DNA of 64,000 nt from Eledone cirrhosa (taxonomy: Eukaryota). The notes below the pieces were generated by a model. It was not told where the DNA came from and made no database searches. It was given only the letters and a program-made list of their open reading frames with translations. Of the stretch, positions 52,420-64,000 are shown piece after piece. The stretch spans positions 8,556,001-8,620,000 of the forward strand of contig OZ024745.1 of the NCBI GenBank assembly GCA_964016885.1, given 5' to 3'. A program made the position numbers and the translations under genes. The first letter of the stretch is position 1. Each line of letters begins with the position of its first letter.

Positions 52420-52812
52420 CTTCTTTCTGAGAGGTTCATGGTAGCAAAGTCCTCAAACACTCCTTCCAACGGGTTCCACCAGAAGCAACCCTCTCCAAAT
52501 GATCCAGTTGGATCCCCAAACGACACCAGCCAAGCTCATGGATGTTATCCAACCATCTTGCTTGGGGTATACCCCTGGGTCTCTTGCTGGTTGGTTTTGC
52601 CCATAAAATCCATCCAACGATTCTTTCCTGAGATATTCTAACCCATTCCACAGTATCGGAGCTGTGATCTCTCAATTCGGAGAAACAGCAGCTCTACCCA
52701 CAAACTCCAGCCGACTGATTTCACACCCACCAGTCATGATACTACTTCCAGCCTGGCTGCATATATCAATCCTGTTTATGTAAATAATGAACAGGAGAGG
52801 CGACAGCATTTC
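52420..52812 (-). mobile_element. Degenerate RTE LINE 3' fragment (second family)
   Basis: MLSPLLFIIYINRI and ERIVGWILWAKPTSKRPRGIPQARWLDNI..; homologous to 59490-59900 in the opposite orientation. Confidence 0.75.
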
Positions 52813-52971
52813 TTTAAACAAAGACTTTTGCCCAAAATATCTGAACTTGCCTCTCCTCACACCAACTTATTTTATTTTTTCTAAAAACCCTGAGATCTGA
52901 CATTCACCATCCCTTCTTATGTCATCTGTCATGGCAGTACATATTCTACAATTATTATCTTTTACTAAAAA

Positions 52972-53188
52972 TGGTAGATTGGCAAAATTGTCAGAGCATC
53001 AGAGAAAATGGTTGGAAGTATTTCTTCTGGTTCTTTGTATTCTAAGTTTAAATTCCACTAAGGTCAACTTACCTTTCATCTTTCCACGTTTGACAAACTA
53101 AAGTAGCAGTCAAGTACTGGGGTTGTTATAATCAACTTTCCCCCTCATCACAATTTGCTGGCCTTGTGCCTTAATTAGAAACCATTAC
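52972..53188 (+). mobile_element. Diverged tRNA-derived SINE (same family as 47437)
   Basis: ..AAGTTTAAATTCCACTAAGGTCAACTTACCTTTCATC..GCTGGCCTTGTGCC..AGAAACC. Confidence 0.7.
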
Positions 53189-53603
53189 CTTCTATTGCTC
53201 AATACAAAGCTCTGTTATTGGCACTATCACTTCCTGTTGCTTTTTACACTAGCAGCTAGTGATTACTATTCTTGAAATATTGTTTTAATATATTGTGGCA
53301 ATAACATTGTAAACATGTTGGTGCCACAACATACACCCAGTCAAGAAGTTAATATATTTCAACACACAAATAGTGATATCTGTCCTTATTTCACAACCAA
53401 GTATTATCTGCCCTTACACAGCAATAGTATTATCTGCCCTTATTTCACAGCCCAGAAACATGGATGATATACAGTAAACTGGTTAAAATCTGAATACATT
53501 CATAACTAGTTATCTCATACATGGAAGAGATATTGATGTAACAAAATCCAGTCAACATCAGATATCAATAGAGCACCTATGATAACAATAGTATATCTAA
53601 TAA

Positions 53604-53790
53604 AGTTTCTACTTTTGGCACAAGGCCAGCAATTACCCCAGTGTATTACTGGTACTTTATTTTATCGACCTCATAAGGATGAAAGGCAAAGTTAACCTCA
53701 GCAGATTTGAACTCAGAACGCAAAGGACCATAACTCTATGCTGCAAAGCATGGTGTCTGACGCTCTTCCGATACTGCCAAACCACCACCC
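53604..53790 (-). mobile_element. tRNA-derived SINE (same family as 47437)
   Basis: GTTTCTACTTTTGGCACAAGGCCAGC..CTGGTACTTTATTTTATCGACC..GGATGAAAGGCAAAGTTAACC..GATTTGAACTCAGA is the reverse complement of the 47635 copy. Confidence 0.8.
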
Positions 53791-54069
53791 TTAGTATATT
53801 TAATAGAGCCCCTACGATAAAATAGTATATTTAATAGAGCAGCTATGTTATCAATACTATATCCTATCATTATGATAATTTTACATCTGTTTCTCTATAC
53901 TACAATGTTGGGACCTTTATGGTCTGAATCAGTTTTTTTATTCAGAGTTTCTGGTTGTTTAGACAGGATGGTGATCATATTTCACTCATATACTCCATTT
54001 GTTGGCATGGTTACTATCACTGGACACTACACAATATGAGTTATAACAAACTCTTGGTCTCTATATGTA

Positions 54070-54190
54070 TTAGTTAGAGAATTGGATTTGTAATTGTGAG
54101 GTTGCGAGTTCAATTTCCAGACCGGGCAATGTGTTATGTCCTTCAGCAAGATATCTTATTTCATGTTGCTCTTTCTGCCAGGAGTTGTGA
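54070..54190 (+). mobile_element. tRNA-derived SINE 5' part (different family)
   Basis: A-box-like TAGTTAGAGAATTGG, B-box-like GAGTTCAATTTCC, followed by GTGTTATGTCCTTCAGCAAGATATCTT. Confidence 0.5.
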
Positions 54191-54544
54191 CCAGTAAATA
54201 TTATCAGTAATGGGAAGACCAATGGAAACATCGTCTTCTTGGTCCGATTTGATGAGTTCCACCTCATTTGGTGAGCAAATGAGATCTGGGATCTTGTTGA
54301 TTGATTGATTGTTTGTGTACCTGTGCACAAATATACAGACATCTGATGGGTGTGGGGATATTGTTATATCCCCACAGGATGACACAGGACCGAGATCTCT
54401 GGCAGTAATACAGGAAACCCGACTTTCCACGGGCACAAGCTGAAGTATATATACAGTATGCTCTAACCCATCCTCCCATACACCCCCATGAGAACAGGCC
54501 GAAGTAAATACAACCAGTGAAGCCACTGTAAAGTGGTCTGTAGG

Positions 54545-54737
54545 TGTCATGACAAAAAGCACCTAGTACTTACTGTAGATGTGGTTGGCGCTAGGAAGGG
54601 CATCTAACCATAGAAAACCACCCAGAAACAGTCCTATATGAGTGAGACACAGTCACCCGACCCAACTAGCCTCTAAATGGGACAAACCGGTCTAACCCAT
54701 GCTAGCGTGGAAGATAGACGTTAAACGATGATGATGA
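54545..54737 (+). mobile_element. SINE with RTE-like 3' tail (Ceph-SINE-like)
   Basis: AAAAGCACC..GTGGTTGGCGCTAGGAAGGGCATC..GTCTAACCCATGCTAGCGTGGAAGATAGACGTTAAACGATGATGAT. Confidence 0.65.
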
Positions 54738-55574
54738 TTTAAGTTTGTGCATAAAGGAAATCTATTTCAATCTTGAGTTTAAGGCATTAAGTAATTTAGT
54801 TATTATCTCTATGGTGCAGAAGTTGCAGATAAAATCTTGCAAGTATTACTTGGCAGGGCCTATGATTTTTCATTTGATCTTATAGCTAACCTTTTGCTGG
54901 TTCTTCAGCAACCATATATATTTAGACAAGCTAGTATCTGTCCTATAGATGTTTCTGAAAGAAAGGTTATACTGATATAATCTGAATTGACAAGTGCTCT
55001 CAATTAAACCAGGGTTAAACTTAGATGTAAAGTTGTTGGTTGTTTATGGTGAAGATATTTGTGTCATGCTCTGCAGATTTCTAAGACAAAATTCTCTGAG
55101 GGAAAATTGTGAGGCTAATACAATTAAATATAAGATAGAGTTGGTGATTATGACAGGTTTCTGGTGTTGATTGTGGCTAGATGCAATTCAAAGTTAGGTG
55201 TGCAGGTATAACTTAGTTTTATAAAACTCCTGTAGACTAATCTATGGCACCTCTAGTTTTGGGGGAAATGTTTCTGTTTTCTGTATAAGAGCAAAAAAAG
55301 GTTACTGGTAAGGTTTGTGCAACCATTGAGAGTGAAGAAGACAGGGAAGGATGGAGAAAATAGCATTTTACATTTACAGGACTTGGGGATCAGAGTTGTT
55401 CTTTGTACAATGAATCTTATCTTAGCATTAGCAGGTAGCCTACTGAAATCCAGAAAAATCTATAAAAGAATAGAATACCTGAAGAAGATCAAAGCAATAT
55501 CAATCAGAAAAATTGAAAAGATTAGTTTAATACTCCAGAAACTATTTATTCCTTAATCACATCCCCAGGGGATC

Positions 55575-55838
55575 CAAGATGGTATACAGGAGAGAAGACT
55601 GCATGTGATGTGCATGGACAATGACTGATGGGTGAAGAAATGCCAGGAAATCCCAGTGGAAAGAAGCCATAGTAGAGGACAACCAAGAAAGACCTGGGCA
55701 GAGGTTGTGAGGGCTGACCTCAAATTGTTAAGACTGGAAGATGATGAAGGACCGCAACAAATGGAGAGATGCCGTGCTGAGAAGGACCTGTCCAATCCAT
55801 GCAAGCGTGGTAAACCAAAAGTAAAAACGATGATGATT
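55575..55838 (+). mobile_element. 5'-truncated RTE 3' end (same family as 48725-51890)
   Basis: VKKCQEIPVE..RGQPRKTWAEVVRADL matches the reverse of 48850-48960; ends in CGATGATGAT. Confidence 0.8.
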
Positions 55839-55984
55839 GTCATTGAATATTGAGTCTTGTCTGATGATACTGAGTTGTGAATCTCCAGTGTAACAAGACT
55901 CGTCACTTAGCAATAATAGAGAATATTTAAACTCTACTTCAGTATTGAGTACTTATTCTCACATCCTTCAATATCTTATATATA

Positions 55985-57952
55985 CATATACACATACACA
56001 CATATACAGCTATATATACACATAAACACACCCACCCACATACAGCTATACATACACACTCATACAGCTATATATACACCAATACAGCTATATACACACT
56101 CATACAGATATATATACACACATACAGCTACATACACTCATACAGCTATATATACACACTCATACAGCTATATATACACTCATACAGCTATATACGCTCA
56201 TAGAGCTATATATACACTCATACAGCTATATACACTCATACAGCTATATATACCCTCTCACACAGCTATATACACTCATACAGCTATATATATATATACA
56301 CACACACATACAGCTATATACATCCATACAGCTATATACACACTCATACAGCTATATATACACTCATACAGCTATATATACACTCATACAGCTATATATA
56401 CACTCATACAGCGATATACACCCATACAGCTATATACACTCATACAGTAAATATACACACATACAGCTATATATATACACTCATACAGCTATATATACAC
56501 TCATACAGCTATATACACTCTCAAACAGCTATATACAGTCATACAGCTATATATACACACATACAGCTATATACACCCATACAGCTATATACACTCATAC
56601 AGCTTTATATACACTCATACAGCTATATATACACTCATACAGCTATATATACACCCATACAGCTATATATACACCCATACAGCTACATATACTCATACAG
56701 CTATATATACACCCATACAGCTGTATATACACTCATATAGCTATATACACCCATACAGCTATATACACCCATACAGCTATATATACACCCATACAGCTAT
56801 ATATACTCATACAGCAATATATACACCCATACAGCTATATACACCCATACAGCTATATATACACTCATACAGCTATATATACTCATACAGCTATATATAC
56901 ACTCATACAGCTATATATACACTCATACAGCTATATATACACATACAGCTATATATACACTCATACAGCTATATATACACCCATACAGCTATATACACTC
57001 ATACAGCTATATATACACATACAGCTATATATACACCCATACAGCTATATATACACCCATACAGCTATATATACACTCATGCAGCTATATATACACTCAT
57101 ACAGCTATATATACACCCATGCAGCTATATATACTCATACAGCTATATATACACCCATACAGCTATATATACACCCATACAGCTATATACACCCATACAG
57201 CTATATATACACCTATACAGCTATATATACACTCATACAGCTATATACACCCATACAGCTATATATACACCTATACAGCTATATATACACCCATACAGCT
57301 ATATACACCCATACAGCTATATATACTCCCATACAGCTATATATACACTCATACAGATATATACACCCATACAGTTATATACACCCATACAGCTATATAT
57401 ACACCCATACAGCTATATATATACACCCATACAGCTATATATACACCCATACAGCTATATATACACTCATGCAGCTATATATACACTCATACAGCTATAT
57501 ATACACATACAGCTATATATACACTCATACAGCTATATACACCCATACAGCTATATATACACCCATACAGCTATATATACACCTATACAGCTATATATAC
57601 ACTCATACAGCTATATACACTCATACAGCTATATACACCCATACAGCTATATACACTCATACAGCTATATACACCCATACAGCTATATATATATACACCC
57701 ATACAGCTATATATATACACCCATACAGCTATATATACACCCATACAGCTATATATACACACATACAGCTATATACACCCATAGTTATATACACCCATAC
57801 AGCTATATATATACACCCATACAGCTATATATACACCCATACAGCTATATATACACCCATACAGCTATATACACCCATACAGTTATATACACCCATACAG
57901 CTATATATATACACCCATACAGCTATATATACACCCATACAGCTATATACAC
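55985..57952 (+). repeat. ~18-24-bp minisatellite CATACAGC(TA)nCACYC
   Basis: Tandem units varying in TA number; source of the YTHTAI-type ORFs. Confidence 0.95.
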
Positions 57953-58137
57953 CGAGTTACTTTGTTTTTATTTGTTTTATTTTGAAAGAAAACACCTCTG
58001 TTTCGGTGACCTTTTAAAATTTATTCCTTTTTATAAATGCAGTGTGATTTAACTTTACATTGATAGTAATTCATTCTGTTCCTGGAACAGGCACAGCACC
58101 GTGATGTGGATGGGTGGGGAAATATAACCAGAAACGG

Positions 58138-58246
58138 TATGTATATATATATAATATATATGTATATATATTATGTATATATGTATATATATTATGTATG
58201 TATATTGTGTGTATATATATATATTATGTATGTATATTGTGTGTAC

Positions 58247-58334
<88 letters not shown>

Positions 58335-58500
58335 CATTTATGTATATATATATATTATTTTTATATTTATATATATATATCATTTATGTATTTATATATA
58401 TATCATTTATGTATATATATATATATTATTTATATATATATTATATGTAGATATATATATATATATCATGTGTGTATATATATAATATGTGTGTGTGTGT
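58138..58500. repeat. AT-rich (TA)n/(TG)n low-complexity tract
   Basis: Direct inspection. Confidence 0.9.
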
Positions 58501-58663
58501 TGTGCATTAATTAAAATGTTAAATATAACTTTCCAATGAATGCATCGTGTTGAGATGGTGTCAGGAATCAAGTGACAAATGACAACAGTATTCCCTGAAG
58601 AGGAGCTGTTGAGGCATGAAACTGATGGAAATCATTTTGCCTTAGTGAGGAGATGAACTAGCT

Positions 58664-58891
58664 TTACTCAGCAGAACTGTTGCTCAATAAGGATTCAGGG
58701 TTCAGGACTGGATCAAGATGAACTGAAGAGCTTGGAACACCTTGAATGTCATCTGTTTTGTCCCAGTCTTCTTCTGATAGGGTTGGCAATGTTGGTAAAG
58801 GTATAGATTCACATGGTGTTACATAAACAACATTAAAACAGATATGGAGAGGAAATGTGGCAGCATCTTCCAATGTGAGAACCGGTATATC
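58664..58891 (-). CDS. GMCL1: Germ cell-less protein-like 1, terminal coding exon (DIPVLTLEDAATFPLHICFNVVYVTP...SSAE*)
   Basis: Acceptor TCTTCTTCAG|G, phase 0, open to TAA. FPLHICFNVVYVTP resembles the vertebrate GMCL1 C-terminus as I recall it (FPLYICCNFLYISP). Confidence 0.88.
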   Translation of the reverse strand, partial: DIPVLTLEDAATFPLHICFNVVYVTPCESIPLPTLPTLSEEDWDKTDDIQGVPSSSVHLDPVLNPESLLSNSSAE

Positions 58892-59059
58892 CTGAAGAAG
58901 ATAATAGATGAGCAGATATTATAGCCATCTGTAAAAATGTATCATTTAAACCACAGAAATTTATATAAACTTTGTTGTTACAGGTAAAAGTTTAGTTATG
59001 TAAAGAATGTCAATTATCAAGAAGGTAACTGAAAATCTAAAATAGAATTTACAGCATAC

Positions 59060-59470
59060 TAGTGCCATGATAAAAAGTACCCAGTCCAGCTCGTAAGATG
59101 GTTGTACTGGTGCCAGAACGTAAAGCACTCAGTCCATCAAGTAGGGTGGTAATACGTAAGCCATGATGAAAAGCACCAAGACCACCCTCTAAGGTGGTTT
59201 TGTTGGTACCACAACAAAAAGTATCCAGTCCACGCTGTAAAGTGGTGGTGGTTATGCTCTCCTATAAAGTGGTTGTACTAGTGCCGTGACAAACAGCACC
59301 CAGTCCACCCTGTAAAGTGGTTGAAATTAGGAAAGAAGAACATACAGCCATAGAAACCAAGCCAAAAAACAGCTCATATGAACAAGACGTGGTTACCTGA
59401 CTGGGTTAATCTCATAACATGAGAACCTGACTAACCCATGGAAAATACACATTAAATGGTTATGATGATC
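59060..59470 (+). mobile_element. SINE with internally amplified ~50-bp segment and RTE-like tail, intronic
   Basis: Repeated GTGCCA..AAAAGYACCCAGTCCA..GTAAAGTGGTTG units, then TTAGGAAAG..CAGCCATAGAAACC..CTAACCCATGG..ATGATGAT. Confidence 0.6.
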
Positions 59471-59489
59471 AATTATATATAAAGTCATT

Positions 59490-59900
59490 GCTTACATCAA
59501 GATATTGCGAATACAAGCAGCCGAAATGGGGCTCCTCTGAAAGGTCTTTGGAGTAACATTACTCGATAGAGGGCATAGCTGACAGATCAGAAGGTCACTC
59601 CATGTAGAACCACAGCTTCTCCGAAACAAGAGATCACAGCTCCGATATTTCAGACATGTGGTTAGAATGTTTCAAGGAAGAATTGCTGGACAGATTTTAA
59701 AAGCAAAACCAGCCAGCAGGAGACCCAGCGGTAGACTCTGAGCAAGATAGTTGGATAACATCCATGAGTTTTGCTGGTCTCACTTGGAGATACAGCCGGA
59801 TCAATTGGAGACGGTTGCTTCTGACAGGACCTGCTGGAAGGAGTGTTTGAGGACTCTGCCCCCATGACCCTCCCAGGAATAAGTGGGAGATGAAGAAGTA
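59490..59900 (+). mobile_element. Degenerate RTE LINE 3' fragment, intronic
   Basis: RIQAAEMGLL*KVFGVTLLDR..SQLRYFRHVVRM..ILKAKPASRRP; homologous to 52420-52660. Confidence 0.78.
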
Positions 59901-60552
59901 GATCATGTTAACTAACTACAATATGGCTTATGAAAACATTAATGACTGAGGTATTGTGTAAAACTTGATCTACTACAAACATAGTCTTCTATGTCTCTCA
60001 CCTGTGGGACCTCACTCTTGTGAAAGACGTATGGTTGTCACAACTGCCCACCTTTGAATGTCATCTATTGCTCATCCCTTACATAAGTGGTTTTGTGTCA
60101 GATTAAACGATTATGGTAGCATGTGCTGATGGAGTTCCTTCTCATCTACTCTGGTGTGACTCAATGTTCAGTTTTGTTTTCCACACTCTTCTTCCTACAT
60201 ATTACCTCCAACAATGCCCACTCCTACATAAATGACATGACCCTTCATTCCTTGCTAACCTCTTACACTTTTGCGTTCTTTACATGCAACTGAGAGACCT
60301 CATGCTAAATCTGCACTGACCCCATGAACAAAGACATTCAAAACATTTTATAATGGGGTCATATGTAAACCATATGAGACAATCTTGTCTCCTTCAACAG
60401 TATGACACATTGCTATGAATATTAATTGATTAAATTTTAATCAATAAAAAAAAGATTAGAAGATCTATTGCACTTCATTTGAAGTTTGACCTTAAGTTTG
60501 TTAATTTGTATTAAATATAGTTACTCGAAATGAAACAGTTAATGAGACTTAC

Positions 60553-60640
60553 CTCATCAGGTACAAAGCGTAAACGGTGGATAGGAGTTGATTTTGAATA
60601 CCTAACCATACCATTTTTGTCAAGTGACATGACAGAAAAT
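60553..60640 (-). CDS. GMCL1: Germ cell-less protein-like 1, penultimate coding exon (FSVMSLDKNGMVRYSKSTPIHRLRFVPDE)
   Basis: Acceptor TTTTTCTCCTCAG|A, donor GAG|GTAAGT, 88 nt. Starts in phase 2 and ends in phase 0, matching both neighbouring exons. Confidence 0.88.
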
Positions 60641-60959
60641 CTGAGGAGAAAAATGAAAACTGAATATGTAAACATCTTTCTGAGATACACAACAGAGAGG
60701 GAGAATAGATTGTGAAGGATATAGGGGATGGAATACGTAGATATCTTTCTGAGAGAGGGATTGTGAAGGGGATAGGTGATAGGAGGTAAAAACTTAGTGA
60801 GCAGAAGGAATAAAATGTTAGCAGGACAATAGCAGTTAAGGTTAGAGAGAAACAGGAGATTAGTGGAGTAAAACATTGAATGGGGAAGGAATTAATGGGA
60901 AGACAATTATAGAATGACACATGGGATTACTGACAAGAATACAAGTATAATCAGTATAT

Positions 60960-61642
60960 GACAAAGGAAGGGGTTAGTGGTGGGACAGGAATAGTCAGTT
61001 TGACAAAGAAGGGGTTAGTGATGGGGCAGGAATAGTCAGTGTGACAGAGGAAGGGGTTAGTGGAGGGACTAGTCAATGTAACAAAGGAAGGGGTTAGTGA
61101 AGGGACTAGTCAGTGTAATAAAGGAAGGGGTTAGTGAAGGGACTAGTCAATGTAACAAAGGAAGGGGTTAGTGAAGGGACTAGTCAGTGTAATAAAGGAA
61201 GGGGTTAGTGAAGGGACTAGTCAGTGTAATAAAGGAAGGGGTTAGTGAAGGGACTAGTCAGTGTAATAAAGGAAGGGGTTAGTGAAAGGACAAGAATAGT
61301 CAGTGTGACAAAGGAAGGGGTTAGTGAAGGGACAAGAATAGTCAGTGTGACAAAGGAAGGGGTTAGTGGAGGGACAGGAATAGTCAGTGTAATAAAGGAA
61401 GGGGTTAGTGAAGGGACTAGTCAGTGTAATAAAGGAAGGGGTTAGTGAAGGGACAGGACTAGTCAGTGTAATAAAGGAAGGGGTTAGTGAAGAGATTAGT
61501 CAGTGTAATAAAGGAAGGGGTTAGTGGAGGGACTAGTCAGTGTGACAAAGGAAGGGGTTAGTGGAGGGACTAGTCACTGTGACAAAGGAAGGGGTTAGTG
61601 AAGGGATTAGTCAGTGTAATAAAGGAAGGGGTTAGTGAAGGA
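60960..61642 (+). repeat. 37/42-bp intronic minisatellite (AAAGGAAGGGGTTAGTGAAGGGAC[AAGAA]TAGTCAGTGTAAT)
   Basis: About 17 tandem units in two length classes. Confidence 0.93.
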
Positions 61643-61924
61643 GAAAAATTAATTGGAAATCAAGCAACATAAAATAAACTTATGAAATCAAATTTAAGAT
61701 CAATTGTTATTATGAGAGAAAGTACAGCTTTTAAATTGAATGAGGTAAATATCTAAGATTGGAACATATTGACAGAATCAGGATATTGGGATGGTAATTG
61801 TAAAATTAAATAAAATCAATTTAAGAAGAAAAAAAGGAAGAGGATTAATTAAAAAGAAATTATTAAAAAAAACAAAATAAAAAAGATATAAAAGATTATA
61901 AAAGCAGTAAGATTGAAATATTAC

Positions 61925-62008
61925 TTGTAAAATATTCTTCGAGTTGGTTGTAGACTGACAGATCCATTGTATGGTTGACTCTGGGTGTTTCTTTTAAAAA
62001 CAAAACCC
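61925..62008 (-). CDS. GMCL1: Germ cell-less protein-like 1, internal coding exon (GFVFKRNTQSQPYNGSVSLQPTRRIFY)
   Basis: Acceptor TTTGCATTTTTAG|G, donor CAA|GTAATA, 84 nt, phase 2 at both ends. FKRNT..QP..GSVSLQP is the conserved GCL C-terminal domain motif as I recall it (human FKRNTLNQPCSGSVSLQP). Upstream exons appear to lie beyond the window. Confidence 0.9.
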
Positions 62009-63061
62009 CTAAAAATGCAAATGAAGTGAATGTGAATTTATGAATGAAACTTAAAATGTTGATAGTGAAAAATTGTAGTAAATGACTGTTGTTGAATGAG
62101 TATATATTGTTGAGAGATGCAATGTGTAATTAGGCCCTTCTTTATCAATGGCACATTTATCTGGCAAGATACTCTTCTGGATATCAACTTGTACATTTCA
62201 GTAAGGTAAGATTTTCACTGACTTAACAGTGTTTGGGGGGTGAAGACATATACAAACACACACATACAATGGGTTTTCACAGTACCCATCTACCAAATCC
62301 ATTCACAAAGCCTTGGTCAGTCATATTGTTATACCAGCATAATGAATTATATGTTTGTATATTACAACAGATGTTGAAAGATTCAAGTTGACGTTGATAA
62401 AAGAAGCAGTGGATATTGCTGGTTTAAATCAACACCAAATTTGGCATGTCTAGGATAAAAAAGATATATCAATGTTGACCATCAAGTCTTTATCTTTTTT
62501 CAAACATAGTATAGGGTAGATTTAAGGAAGATTTGGCAGGTATTTCTAGCAGGTTCAGTGACTTAAGAACTATGTGACTCATTTCATTATTGAATAGATG
62601 TTCGGGAGATATATTCAAATTGCAGTAAAAACGAAATCCCTTATTCCATTACAGTAATAAAGAACAATAGAAAGCATATCTTAAATATTATATAGAAGGA
62701 AAAAGTTGTGTTAGGTATTTAAAAACATATATATAAAGCAGCAGTTAGCCATTGCAACCATGTGAAAGAAAGGCTTGAGAGGAATGTTCAGCTGTATCAA
62801 GGACATGACAACCTCACTAGTGTTGATGCCACAATAAAATACATACACTATACTTTGCAAAAGAAGAGGAAGGTAAACCAGCTGTAAAAATCATGCCACA
62901 ACTAGAAGTATGTAAATGATGTGAGGCCTCCAGCCTATCTAAGAGGACAGTAGCTGTGATTAATATTGACTTGGTCTGTGATGAGGCTTCCTATGACAGC
63001 AGGAACCAACAGCTATAAAACAATAATGATGATATATACCATTACATTCCTTGTCGTTTCA

Positions 63062-63250
63062 TTTTTTACCAGTTATTCTAGAAAGTAAGGGCAGTAACCA
63101 TGACCCTTTTTTACTAGTTACTCTAGAAGGTAAGGGCAGTAACCACGGCCCTCTTTTTACCAGTTATTCTAGAAGGTAAGGGCAGTACCCATGAACCTTT
63201 TTCTACCAGTTATTCTAGAAGGTAGGGGCAGTAACCACGACCCCTTTTCA
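63062..63250 (+). repeat. ~46-bp tandem repeat, 4 copies
   Basis: TTTTTACCAGTTATTCTAGAAGGTAAGGGCAGTAACCAYGACCC repeated four times. Confidence 0.9.
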
Positions 63251-63562
63251 GGTCCTCCATGACTTGTGGGGAGGAGAAAGATATTTTTAAAACTGGAGAC
63301 GTGGAGAAATACTTTTAAGAAAAAAGATTCTGATAAGTGGTAGTGATAAACTAAGCAACAGAGTAGGTCTACCACAGAAATAAGCCACAAAGGGATTTGG
63401 ACTCAAAATGTTAAGAACTGGAACAAATAGCCTAGAACAGCATGTTTCATGTCCCAATGATTCTGTCAATTGACTGCCTTAAACTTGTACTTTATCGACT
63501 CCAAAATGATGAAAGGCACTTCAGTGGGATTTGAACTTAGAATGCTAGAAGCCAGTATCTGT

Positions 63563-64000
63563 CTAGGGAGGGTAAAATTCCTGAGATCCATGGATGAGTT
63601 CTCTCCAGCGGTTTCTGTCCTTCATCATTGCCGCCATGTTCTCTGTCTCCAAGAGACCAGTGTCTGTCCTTAGGGCATCAATATATGTCAACCTCGGTCT
63701 CCCTCTTCTAGTGTGTCCATGTAGGGGCTCCCACAGGACCACTGAGTGCAGTGTCAACTCTGGATGTTGGTGAGCATGTCCTGCTAACCTCAGTCTCCTC
63801 TGTGTCACTTTTGAGCTGACTTTTGGGAGGCTCCCATACAGCTCTGAGTCTTTCATCTTCAGTGTATACTGATTAATGTTCAGAGCCATCCTCAGCATTC
63901 TCGTGTAGCACCCATCCACCATCTGAGTGAGTTTCTTGGTCAGTGTCCAAGTCTTAGACCCGTACAGTAGCACAGACTCCACCACAGCAACAAAGAGACG
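63563..64000 (-). mobile_element. LINE (RTE/RTE-X-like) ORF C-terminal part, intronic, cut by the window edge
   Basis: VESVLLYGSKTWTLTK..DGCYTRMLRMALNI..RRLRLAGH..VLWEP..RGRP..YID. Confidence 0.85.

Noticed and set aside
55317-55556. 79-aa ORF as an exon
   Set aside because: No recognisable homology or compatible splice partners.
57079-58017. 312-aa Tyr/Ile/His-rich ORF
   Set aside because: Translation of a TA-containing minisatellite.
61925-62008. Alternative reading frame VLFLKETPRVNHTMDLSVYNQLEEYFT for this exon
   Set aside because: It is open but phase-incompatible with the next exon's frame, and it lacks the GCL motif found in the chosen frame.

Overview
Eukaryotic, repeat-dominated window. 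The SINE and RTE repeat content suggests an octopod cephalopod, which is an inference from recalled repeat motifs. About two thirds is tandem satellite: a G-rich 36-bp array (1-19712) that flips orientation at ~13611, a 38/44-bp array (19797-30154), a 28-bp array (35733-42232), a 20-bp array (42452-46529) and smaller minisatellites. Nearly all listed ORFs are artefacts of these repeats. The only host gene found is the last three coding exons of a germ cell-less (GMCL1/gcl) homologue on the minus strand (62008-61925, 60640-60553, 58891-58664), assembled from splice sites and reading phases. There is also a near full-length but broken RTE-clade LINE (48725-51890), several RTE fragments and several SINEs. 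The most notable feature is a young, apparently non-coding 591-bp tandem element (31684-33692) inserted head-to-head into a (TA)n tract. Each full unit carries a type I hammerhead ribozyme motif with a compensatory U3-A8 core and a palindromic stem III loop, which points to a retrozyme or Penelope-like pLTR element. A nested A-B-A'-B' inverted-repeat linker joins the two largest satellites.
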